A stretch of 64,000 nt of DNA from a virus. The stretch lies in IMG/VR virus record IMGVR_UViG_3300042569_001787, positions 1 to 64,000 of that record; one strand, given 5' to 3'. The notes under the pieces were generated by a model. That model was not told where the DNA came from and did no database searches. It worked only from the letters and a program-made list of their open reading frames with translations. Positions 9,558 to 18,372 of this stretch are shown piece by piece. Each line of letters starts with the position of its first letter. Position 1 is the stretch's first letter. The position numbers and the translations under genes are program-made.

Positions 9558-11459
9558 ATGAAAAAACTAGTAACCTTGTTTGTCATTTTGGCAACGACCC
9601 TAATTGGATATGCTCAAACATGTCCAACACCCACGACAAGTGGAGTTTTTGTTACGTTAGATTCTAATTATCAATTGGCGCCGTCGGCAGTTGGTTTTAC
9701 TAACGTAGGTTTGTGTTTTTACAACAACACAACAACATTAATTACCGCGACACAATTCAGAGTATACTATGACAAATTAGCATTTTCTGGCATTAACACA
9801 GTCACCTCATTAAACACGTCATATTCTCAGTATTTACAGTATGTTGATAACCCATCATTAGGTTTTGTGACAATTACATTATCTTACACAGGTAGTTTAT
9901 CATCATTCGAAATTCCTGACGGAGCTTTTGTACAATTGAAGTTGAATCATATTACAGGATTTTCCACACTATCATCTGTTGATAATATGTCATTTAGCGG
10001 TGTTAACACATTCCCCTCTATTTCCACAAATCAAGATGGTACTGACAATACTTTAACTTTACAGAACTTTGGTGGTGTTATGTCACCTCAAACATTTTCG
10101 TTTAGTGGTACATTTACTAACGTTACAGGAACGGGGGCAAAAAACCTAACGGTTGGTTTAGAGAAAAAACTTAGGCCAAACGGTTCTTGGACACCTGTAA
10201 CAAGTGTATTATCAAACAATAGTGGTGTTTTCGCATTTAGTAATATTGCGGTAGATACTACGGGTTATGATGTTCGTATTAAAATTGTTGGTGACACTAT
10301 GTTAGTTGGTAACGTAATTTCTACCGCTGACGCTCAAAAAGTTAACGACTATGTTTTAGGTACACAAACACCTACAGGTTTTGACTATTACACCGCTGAC
10401 GTTAATGGTGATAATAATTTAACTATTTCTGACGCTTATGGGGTATTTGGTAGAATTTCTGGTAGATTCTCAGTTTGGCCTAACAGTGTGAAAGACGTTA
10501 AGTTCTTTACCTCATCCGAATATGAGACAATTAATGGTTCATCGACTAATTATCTATCATCAATTTTTGGAACAACTAACTTTACATTTAATATTATTGA
10601 GGGAGCCTCTTCTCCAACATTCTATGTGTTAGTTCCTGGCGATGCAAATGGTACAGGTTACCATATGGCTCGTGTTACACCAATTGAAGTTTTAATTACA
10701 CCTCAACCAGGTGTTGAATCACAAATTTATAACGTGATTGACACTAAAGTAGACTATGACTTCCCTACAACATCTATTGAGGTTAACGTACCTCACTTAT
10801 CTGTTCAAGAAGGTAGTTTGGTTAATATACCTATTAAAGTGTTAACTAATGGTGTTAAATTAGGTTCATTACAATTCGGATTAAAATACAATGACACATT
10901 ATTAGACTTCAAAGGAATTGATGCAAAATCATCAGCTTCAAGTTGGTTAACCTACTTGAATACTAATGACAATGAGATTTCATGGGGGGGATATGATGTT
11001 AGTTCACATTTAAAACCATTAAATGATGGTGATGAAGTTGTTACATTAAAGTTTATTACAAAACAACCTCAAGACCAATGGACAACAAGTCCTCTTTGGA
11101 CCACAAATAAGTTTGCGGGTAATAATACGTGTAAAGATTTAACTATCACACCAACAAACGGTATTTTACAAGTTTATAAATTATCTAACCCTGGCGTTGG
11201 TGGATTTGACGACATGACAGTATTCCCTAACCCAACGGATGATTATATTAATGTTAAATTTGAAGTTAAAGAATATGGACCTGTTAAATTATCGGTTTAC
11301 GGTATTAATGGGGTTGAATATAAAATAGTGGTTAATGATAAAATGCCCATGGGTGATTATCAATATGAAACTAGTTTAGGTAACTTAACTGCAGGTGTTT
11401 ACATCGCGGTTCTTAAAAGAAGTGACAAACAATTAACAAATAGAATTATTTTAAAATAA
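9558..11459 (+). CDS. secreted cohesin/dockerin-like protein with T9SS type-A C-terminal sorting domain
   Basis: SP GYA-Q; cohesin-like QFRVYYD and LQFGLKYNDTLLDF...VVTLKF; EF-hand ADVNGDNNLTISDA; CTD VFPNPTDD...GVYIAVL...RIILK. Confidence 0.8.
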   Translation: MKKLVTLFVILATTLIGYAQTCPTPTTSGVFVTLDSNYQLAPSAVGFTNVGLCFYNNTTTLITATQFRVYYDKLAFSGINTVTSLNTSYSQYLQYVDNPSLGFVTITLSYTGSLSSFEIPDGAFVQLKLNHITGFSTLSSVDNMSFSGVNTFPSISTNQDGTDNTLTLQNFGGVMSPQTFSFSGTFTNVTGTGAKNLTVGLEKKLRPNGSWTPVTSVLSNNSGVFAFSNIAVDTTGYDVRIKIVGDTMLVGNVISTADAQKVNDYVLGTQTPTGFDYYTADVNGDNNLTISDAYGVFGRISGRFSVWPNSVKDVKFFTSSEYETINGSSTNYLSSIFGTTNFTFNIIEGASSPTFYVLVPGDANGTGYHMARVTPIEVLITPQPGVESQIYNVIDTKVDYDFPTTSIEVNVPHLSVQEGSLVNIPIKVLTNGVKLGSLQFGLKYNDTLLDFKGIDAKSSASSWLTYLNTNDNEISWGGYDVSSHLKPLNDGDEVVTLKFITKQPQDQWTTSPLWTTNKFAGNNTCKDLTITPTNGILQVYKLSNPGVGGFDDMTVFPNPTDDYINVKFEVKEYGPVKLSVYGINGVEYKIVVNDKMPMGDYQYETSLGNLTAGVYIAVLKRSDKQLTNRIILK

Positions 11460-11524
11460 TAACATGCGGTCACACATTGTGACCGCTTAGCCTTAAACAA
11501 TAAACTAAATAAAAAACAAAAATT

Positions 11525-11872
11525 ATGTCAGAGGAAACAACAAATGAAACAAATGAAACAAATGACGGTACTTGGTCAGGTTTAAAAAAGACCATTATCG
11601 GAACATTAACAACAGTAATTGCTGGTGGTGGTATATGGCTATCAACAATGTTATTCGGGGGTCACTCAGAAGATAAAGAAGAAACTAAAACAGAACAAAC
11701 TGTTGCGCCTTCACCTGTAATTGTTAATGTACAACAAAATCAAGAAAATAAACAAAAAGTTGAAAACGGCGGTGGTACCAATACTATCATCAAAGAAAGG
11801 ATTATTGAAAAACCTGCGACTCAAACAGAACCTGCAGTTAAACCTGTTAAGAAAGAAGAAGACTCTTGGTAA
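11525..11872 (+). CDS. single-pass membrane protein with extended Pro/Gln/Glu-rich tail
   Basis: TM IIGTLTTVIAGGGIWL. Confidence 0.75.
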   Translation: MSEETTNETNETNDGTWSGLKKTIIGTLTTVIAGGGIWLSTMLFGGHSEDKEETKTEQTVAPSPVIVNVQQNQENKQKVENGGGTNTIIKERIIEKPATQTEPAVKPVKKEEDSW

Positions 11873-12588
11873 TGAAAAAGTTATTATTAATTGCGTTACC
11901 AATTTTATTGTTCTCTTGTAAAGTAAGTGGACAAATAGGGACCGTAAAAACTGAAGAATATCAAGCGGATTTTGAAAAGAAACAATCCATGTCTGTTGTG
12001 TCGGATTACACCGATACAATCGTAATCCCAATACAAGTTCTTAAAATTGGCATCAATGAAGAGCTATACGAGATGTATCCTGAACTTAAAGATAAAAGAG
12101 TAGGATTAGGGGTTGCTAACATTGTTTTAGAATACTTGGAGTCAACAGATAGATTTAAATTTACTGAAGATAAAGAGGAAATTAAACAGAAAATGATTGC
12201 ACAAGACAAGGCTTCTGATAAAGGTATTTCAAGTAACAAAATAGAGGTTAAAGGTAATGTAATCTTAGCCAAATATTTTGTTTACATAGAGGTATATGAC
12301 TTTTCAGTATCGGAAGACGAGGTGATAAAGGCGACTGACGAAGCTAAAACAACTCAAACAACTCGTTTAGGGTTACAAGTTAGATTTGTAGATGCTGAGA
12401 CAGGTGAAATCTACACAGGAAGTGGTTTAGGTGAATCATCTACAGTTAAAACGTCATCACTATTATCGGATGTTGAGGGTATTAAATTTAATCAATCAAC
12501 AATAGGTATTTCGACCAAAAAGGCTCTTGAAACGGCATCGTCAAGAGTTGTGTCAAAATTAATAAAAAAGGGTGTCTTTAAAAATTAA
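11872..12588 (+). CDS. CsgG/HfaB-like exported protein (possible lipoprotein)
   Basis: SP with LLFSC; RLGLQVRFVDAETGEIYTGSGLGES and KKALETA typical of CsgG-like fold. Confidence 0.7.
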   Translation: MKKLLLIALPILLFSCKVSGQIGTVKTEEYQADFEKKQSMSVVSDYTDTIVIPIQVLKIGINEELYEMYPELKDKRVGLGVANIVLEYLESTDRFKFTEDKEEIKQKMIAQDKASDKGISSNKIEVKGNVILAKYFVYIEVYDFSVSEDEVIKATDEAKTTQTTRLGLQVRFVDAETGEIYTGSGLGESSTVKTSSLLSDVEGIKFNQSTIGISTKKALETASSRVVSKLIKKGVFKN

Positions 12589-12592
12589 AAAA

Positions 12593-12940
12593 ATGAGTTT
12601 AAAAAGTTTATTTATTAGTAAAAACAAGATGACAAAAGTAGAAGATAAAAATAGATTCTATTATATGTTACAAGAAATGCAAAATAATCGTTGGAGAATC
12701 ACGGCAATCGTATTAGGGTTATTTACACTAATCATTGTTGGTATCAATGCTGGTGTCTTTTTAGGGGCGTCTATTGGCGAAGATTGGAAAGAAATGTTAT
12801 TAATTTTACTAGGCGCCTTTGTTGGTAACTTAAATAAAGTTGTTGACTATTGGTTTAACTCTGAAGATAGAGATAAAATGTTAATTCAAAAAGTGGACGA
12901 AGAAGACGGAGTATCTTTATCTAACACAACAGAAGTATAA
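12593..12940 (+). CDS. 2-TM inner-membrane protein (holin-like)
   Basis: Two TM helices; WKEMLLILLGAFVGNLNKVVDYWFNS; exact start uncertain (12572/12593/12629). Confidence 0.65.
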   Translation: MSLKSLFISKNKMTKVEDKNRFYYMLQEMQNNRWRITAIVLGLFTLIIVGINAGVFLGASIGEDWKEMLLILLGAFVGNLNKVVDYWFNSEDRDKMLIQKVDEEDGVSLSNTTEV

Positions 12941-12941
12941 T

Positions 12942-14441
12942 ATGAACATTAAGAAAATTTTAATAACAATAAGTTTTCTGTTCTCTACTATGATGGTTTT
13001 AGGTCAGGGGTTTTCGTACACATTTACGGACCCCTGTACCTTTAAATCTAAGGAAATTTTTATAAACAATCCCAATGGGAGTGTTGCCTTAATATATTCA
13101 GGGCAGATTCAAAGTTTCACACAAACACAATTACAGTCAGGGGCATTAGAGACTTGGGTTAATCAAGTTAACTCATCTAATCCACAAGGAACAGGTCCTT
13201 GTGCGGGTGTTGGTGTTGCTTTAAACACTAGTTTGAATGTTCTGATTGCTGCTAATAATATATCGGTGTTAACAAATGTTATGTCTACCATGTCTAGTCT
13301 CTCATCTATGGGTGGAGGGGCAACAGTTCAGGGGGTAATTCAAAGTAATGAAAAAGTATCGTCAAATAACAAAAAAGAAGATAAAAAAAATAACCCAAAT
13401 CAAGGGACCACAACCAACGAAGGGTCAAACCAAACTAACACCCCAAATGGTGTTTCTAATGGGTCTAACAATCAAACACAAAATAATGGTACCACAAATA
13501 ACAATGGAGGAAGTACAACTTCTTCTGAAACAAATCAAACAAACGCGCAATCACAAGGAAATAACGGAACTAACCCAAACACTGGAGGAGGTAATTCAGG
13601 TGAAGGAGGAACAACAACAACGCAAGGAGGTGGGACTACAGGTTCAGGTAACACAACTCAAGGAGGAAGTTCGACGACTCAATCGTCTGTAGGTGGAAAC
13701 GGTAACTTGTCAAATAATTCAAATACCGACCAAAAATCTAACGAAGATAAAATGAATGATGCAAGTAAAACTTCATCATCTAACTCCGCACAAGTTAAGT
13801 CAAAAGTTGCCTCGGTTAAAAAAGGAAGTCTTATGATGACAGGTGATATTGTTACCATATCAAGTGCGACAGGTGAAGAAAAACCACAACTTAAAGTTAA
13901 CATGAGTATTATTAATTCTAACACTAAGAATACTTTTGCAAAAGGGATGTTACTTAATTATACCAGTAATATTAACAACTCTTGTTTAACCTTGTTTGCC
14001 GCATATCGATATAAAAATTCAACAACAATAGTCGCAAATTCATCAATGATAAATTTTGATAGAGATTTTTTTAATACTACGTCATTAATGGAATCTTATA
14101 AAATAAAGAAAATAACATCAACAATTGGGGTTAACTACACCAGGGGTAATTTAGGCGAATCTAAATTTACTAGTTTATCGGGATTAGGCGGTCTTGTTGG
14201 TAATTTTAATGTTGGAAAAAAAATAGGCACCACTTTAATGTTTGTAATGGTTTACTCACCTTACGTCTATTATTATGAAGGTTTATGGTATCAATCAGGG
14301 TTATTGGCAGTTCCATTTGTTGCCGTTGATTACAAGTTAACTCAAAAATTTAAATTGAACCTTAGTTTTAGTGGGGTTCAACAAATTAAGAGTGACGCAA
14401 TAAACTACCAAGTATTACTTGGAGCTAAAGCACTTTTATAA
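12942..14441 (+). CDS. exported protein: N-domain + N/G/T/Q low-complexity linker + probable C-terminal outer-membrane beta-barrel
   Basis: SP VLG-Q; ~150-aa N/G/T/S/Q tract; alternating amphipathic strands ending YQVLLGAKALL. Confidence 0.65.
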   Translation: MNIKKILITISFLFSTMMVLGQGFSYTFTDPCTFKSKEIFINNPNGSVALIYSGQIQSFTQTQLQSGALETWVNQVNSSNPQGTGPCAGVGVALNTSLNVLIAANNISVLTNVMSTMSSLSSMGGGATVQGVIQSNEKVSSNNKKEDKKNNPNQGTTTNEGSNQTNTPNGVSNGSNNQTQNNGTTNNNGGSTTSSETNQTNAQSQGNNGTNPNTGGGNSGEGGTTTTQGGGTTGSGNTTQGGSSTTQSSVGGNGNLSNNSNTDQKSNEDKMNDASKTSSSNSAQVKSKVASVKKGSLMMTGDIVTISSATGEEKPQLKVNMSIINSNTKNTFAKGMLLNYTSNINNSCLTLFAAYRYKNSTTIVANSSMINFDRDFFNTTSLMESYKIKKITSTIGVNYTRGNLGESKFTSLSGLGGLVGNFNVGKKIGTTLMFVMVYSPYVYYYEGLWYQSGLLAVPFVAVDYKLTQKFKLNLSFSGVQQIKSDAINYQVLLGAKALL

Positions 14442-14442
14442 A

Positions 14443-14895
14443 ATGAAAAAAATATTATTAATTATGTTCACAACATTAATGTTGTTAACCTCTTACTCAC
14501 AGAACTGTTTAACCGTTAAACATGTTGAGAACAAAGGGTCTATTGAAGGAATTAACCCTAAAAGATTTACTCTTGGTGTTAAACAAATTACTGAAGAACT
14601 ATTATCACAAAAATATTCAATATGTGAGAATGGCGATTCTGTGTCAGTTGTTATTGAAAGTATTGAATCCCCGACTACAGGGATTTCAATAGGTCCATTT
14701 GAAAAGAAGAGAAAAGTGACTATTGTTACTTTAAAGGTTGGTATTAATGGTAAAGAATTTGAAGGTGTTGGTGAAAGTAAGGTTGATGTTAAGTCAACTT
14801 TCATCGAACTACAAGATGAAAACATACCGTTTGAGAAATCGTCATTTTCTGCGGGATTAAAGAAGGCGTTACAAGACGCAATATCAAAATTTTAA
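14443..14895 (+). CDS. exported short CsgG-like paralog
   Basis: SP SYS-Q; GVKQITEELL, GVGES, LKKALQDA mirror GVANIVLEYL, GLGES, TKKALETA of 11872 ORF. Confidence 0.6.
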   Translation: MKKILLIMFTTLMLLTSYSQNCLTVKHVENKGSIEGINPKRFTLGVKQITEELLSQKYSICENGDSVSVVIESIESPTTGISIGPFEKKRKVTIVTLKVGINGKEFEGVGESKVDVKSTFIELQDENIPFEKSSFSAGLKKALQDAISKF

Positions 14896-14896
14896 C

Positions 14897-16567
14897 ATGA
14901 AAAATACATTATTTGTTATATTAACACTTTTGTCTTTGACAGTGAGAGGACAAAATTTTACCTATTCAGGTTACATCTATAACGCAAATAGTGTTGGTGC
15001 GGTGAACGTACCTGTTAAATTATATAAAAGAACCACACCAACATTAGTAGGATTTACGTCTCAAACAAATTATAACGGACACTCATATTATCGTTCGACA
15101 GGTACCGCAACTTGGACCGCATCCAAATCCTCTTGTGAGTCAATGAATGGACATTTGGTGACAATGTCTAACGCGGCAGAAAATACGTTTGTATATAATA
15201 CTTGGCCCTCAGGTTGGATTGGGTATTACCAAGATAGGGTTGCTGGATTTTCATACTCAGAACCTTTAGGCGGGTATAGATGGACCGAACTTCCTGTTAC
15301 AAATGGTTTACAATCAGATTATGATGTTGCGTCTTATACTTCAGGTGCGTCATTAGTAGACATTAAAGGCGGTGTTAATGCAACACTAACAAATTCACCG
15401 ACTTATACAAGTACATCAGGTAAATATCTAACATTCAATGGTGTAAATCAATATGGTATGACAGGTAATTTAGCGTTAAAAGTTCCTGGTGTTACAACAT
15501 CATTAATGATGTGGATATATCCAACAGGAAATGGTGTTATCGTTACTGAGTTAGGTCAAGGCACCACAACTTCAGGTTGGCACAATTCACAAATTGAAAT
15601 AACAGGTGGTAACACTTTAAGAGTTGGTATTTGGAATACTAATATAGTATCATTAAGTACCTCAATCACATTAAACACTTGGAATTTAGTTGGGTTCACT
15701 TATAATGGAACTACTTTAAAAGGGTATAAAAATGGTGTGAGTTTTGGTTCGTTAGTGACCCCAAGACAATCTCCTGTATTATATGGTAATGGTTTATATT
15801 ATGGAATTGGTTTATCCGACGCAACCAATATGGGGTCGGGGGCATACGGTTCATTTAGATTAGGGGACTTTCAAGTATTTGATAGAGGTATAACCGACGA
15901 TGAAGTTAATAGAATATATAACCTTTACGCTTATAGATACGGAATTTATCCTTATTCAAATTGGAACCCAGGTGAACCAAATAACTCGGCTAATGAAGAT
16001 TATACTCAATTTGTTAGTGGAGGTAAGTGGAACGATTTAAACAACAGTAGTTCTTTAAATTATGTGTTAGAGTTTGATTATATCGTAGATTATACTCCTT
16101 GGGTGTTATTTAAAACTATTAACACCGACGTAACAGGAAAATACACAATTAACGAAACTACAAATCCATCGGTAGAATGGTACATTCAAATAGACGCACC
16201 AACAACAATAACAGGACTTCAAAACGTTGACGCGATTGGCGCATCGACAAAGGCAATTTCAAGAACTTTTACATCTTTAGATTATTACAAATATGATGTT
16301 AATAATGATGGTAACATTACTGTTTCGGATGAATATTATATTTTTATGAAAAAAATTAATAGATTCATCTCTTGGGGTTCTTCATTACCAAGTGTGAGAT
16401 TATTTACCTCGTCACAATTTTCAATCATTAACACATCAACAACTGATTTAAGAAGTACCTATCCAGGTGTTCAAAATATTACTATCTCGTCACCTGTAAG
16501 TGGGGGTAGTGCAAACTATTACCTAATAAACACGGGTTATTCGAACTCGACCATATTGGGTTATTAA
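14897..16567 (+). CDS. exported C-type lectin + LamG (ConA-like) + dockerin-like protein
   Basis: SP VRG-Q; YNGHSYY...C...GHLV...EN...WIG...NWNPGEPNN...WND; LamG WNLVGFTYNGTTLKGYKNG; EF-hand YDVNNDGNITVSD. Confidence 0.8.
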   Translation: MKNTLFVILTLLSLTVRGQNFTYSGYIYNANSVGAVNVPVKLYKRTTPTLVGFTSQTNYNGHSYYRSTGTATWTASKSSCESMNGHLVTMSNAAENTFVYNTWPSGWIGYYQDRVAGFSYSEPLGGYRWTELPVTNGLQSDYDVASYTSGASLVDIKGGVNATLTNSPTYTSTSGKYLTFNGVNQYGMTGNLALKVPGVTTSLMMWIYPTGNGVIVTELGQGTTTSGWHNSQIEITGGNTLRVGIWNTNIVSLSTSITLNTWNLVGFTYNGTTLKGYKNGVSFGSLVTPRQSPVLYGNGLYYGIGLSDATNMGSGAYGSFRLGDFQVFDRGITDDEVNRIYNLYAYRYGIYPYSNWNPGEPNNSANEDYTQFVSGGKWNDLNNSSSLNYVLEFDYIVDYTPWVLFKTINTDVTGKYTINETTNPSVEWYIQIDAPTTITGLQNVDAIGASTKAISRTFTSLDYYKYDVNNDGNITVSDEYYIFMKKINRFISWGSSLPSVRLFTSSQFSIINTSTTDLRSTYPGVQNITISSPVSGGSANYYLINTGYSNSTILGY

Positions 16568-16607
16568 ACTATTTATATAAAAAATAAACTAAATTAAATT
16601 AAAAAAA

Positions 16608-17429
16608 ATGTTATTAAAAAAAGGGTCTAAAAGTGAAGACGTTAAAAAATTACAATCAAAATTGGGTCTAACGGCTGACGGTAATTTTGGTTCTGGAACT
16701 GAAACTAAAGTAAAAGAATGGCAATCCGCAAACGGATTAACCGCCGATGGTATAGTTGGAGACGGTACTTGGAGTAAAATGTTTGGTAGTAAAGTAATAA
16801 AAGAAGACGTTGTTATCCCAAAAGGAGGACCATTAAACTTAGAAAAATTAAAAGGACATATTCCTGATTCGGTTATTGCACAAATCCCTGAGACTGCGGT
16901 AAAATTTAACATAACTAACTCATTAAGATTATCTCATTTCTTGGCACAATGTGGTCATGAAAGTGGTGGATTTAAAGCGGTTAGTGAAAATGTTAATTAT
17001 TCTGCAGATGGTCTTAAAAAGATTTTTGGGAAATACTTTCCTGGCAACTTAAATGAGTCTTATGCTCGTCAACCTGAGAAGATTGCTTCAAGAGTATATG
17101 CTGACCGTATGGGTAATGGTAACGAAGCTTCTAAAGAAGGTTTTAAATTCCGTGGAAGAGGATACATTCAATTAACTGGAAAATCAAACTACACAAACTT
17201 TGCTAAATTTATTGGTGAAGATACTGTTACAAATCCTGATTTAGTTGCAACAAAATATCCATTAGCGTCTGCTGCGTTTTTCTTTGACTCAAATAAACTT
17301 TGGTCAATATGTGATAAAGGGTCTGATGTTGCTACTGTAACTGCGGTTACAAAAAGAGTAAATGGAGGTACTATCGGATTAGAAGATAGGATTAAACACT
17401 TTAAAGAATATTATTCATTATTATCGTAA
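16608..17429 (+). CDS. endolysin: PG-binding domain + GH19
   Basis: ADGNFGSGT/ADGIVGDGTW; HFLAQCGHESGGF; FRGRGYIQLTGKSNY; VTKRVNGG. Confidence 0.92.
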   Translation: MLLKKGSKSEDVKKLQSKLGLTADGNFGSGTETKVKEWQSANGLTADGIVGDGTWSKMFGSKVIKEDVVIPKGGPLNLEKLKGHIPDSVIAQIPETAVKFNITNSLRLSHFLAQCGHESGGFKAVSENVNYSADGLKKIFGKYFPGNLNESYARQPEKIASRVYADRMGNGNEASKEGFKFRGRGYIQLTGKSNYTNFAKFIGEDTVTNPDLVATKYPLASAAFFFDSNKLWSICDKGSDVATVTAVTKRVNGGTIGLEDRIKHFKEYYSLLS

Positions 17430-17456
17430 ATTATCCATAATGATTAAACCAAAATA

Positions 17457-17487
17457 AAAAAGGGGATGATAGCGAATCTCCCCTTTA
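17457..17487 (-). terminator. terminator hairpin between convergent genes
   Basis: AAAAAGGGGA...TCCCCTTT. Confidence 0.7.
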
Positions 17488-17534
17488 ATGTGTTACCATG
17501 ACAGTAACGGTCCTAAACGTCCCCAACTTGGGGA

Positions 17535-18041
17535 TTATTTTTCTTTAACTAAAACTAAACATCTTTTAAGATATTCTTTAGCTCTAGATGTTGGGTCAGG
17601 ATGACCAAGTACTTTTTCAATGTCTTTAACTAATTCTTCTCCGTGTTCGTTTTCTTTATAAAGTTCAATCACTTTATCCATCGCTTGAATACAACCATTA
17701 TTAGTCTCGTCAAAATAATTCTTTTTTCTAAAACCATTAATATGGTTCATTAAGTTATATGCTAAATGTTCTCCACCATCACTAATTGTGTCAGGGTGTA
17801 GTCTTAAAGTCCTTAACATATCTAACGTATCAACCATTCCATTGATACCACCTTCTCTTTTGTAGATTTTATTTGAGTAGTTTTGGAAACTTTTAGCTGG
17901 ACCCACGATGTCATCCAAAGGAATTACATTCCCAGCGACACATCTTGGTTTTTGCTCTTTAGACTCAATTTTTGTTTGTTCTAAAATATGTTGTCTAATT
18001 GTCATACGAAGTTTTTTTTCGTCAATTATAATTCTTGCCAT
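17535..18041 (-). CDS. hypothetical protein with IIIDE/ILEQ N-terminal tag
   Basis: 168-aa ORF; TATTTAT upstream on minus strand. Confidence 0.7.
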   Translation of the reverse strand: MARIIIDEKKLRMTIRQHILEQTKIESKEQKPRCVAGNVIPLDDIVGPAKSFQNYSNKIYKREGGINGMVDTLDMLRTLRLHPDTISDGGEHLAYNLMNHINGFRKKNYFDETNNGCIQAMDKVIELYKENEHGEELVKDIEKVLGHPDPTSRAKEYLKRCLVLVKEK

Positions 18042-18150
18042 TTTGTTTTCTTTACACTATAAATATTAAGATAAATGTAATTATTTGTAATGACGTATAT
18101 TTATAGTAAAATAAGTCTAATAGACATAAATTTTAAATACAATACTATGG

Positions 18151-18372
18151 ATGATGATTGTACCTATAAAAACTTGGAGAAAGATATTTTTAGGGAATCT
18201 TTCGGTAAAATTTTTAATGTTGGCCATGTTCTTCAATCCATTTGGATTCGATGCCGTCCAATACTATCTTATTACTGTAACAGGAAGTATCTTATACGCC
18301 AATTTAATTTTGTATTGTATTTCGGGTCTATTCTTTGGATTATACTTTTATTTTCGAAAATTATCTAAATGA
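18151..18372 (+). CDS. small membrane protein
   Basis: Hydrophobic 73-aa ORF overlapping ppk2 start. Confidence 0.55.
   Translation: MMIVPIKTWRKIFLGNLSVKFLMLAMFFNPFGFDAVQYYLITVTGSILYANLILYCISGLFFGLYFYFRKLSK

Noticed and set aside
14897-16567. Diversity-generating retroelement target (C-type lectin fold)
   Set aside because: No reverse transcriptase or template repeat in the window; the lectin is the canonical EPN/WND type
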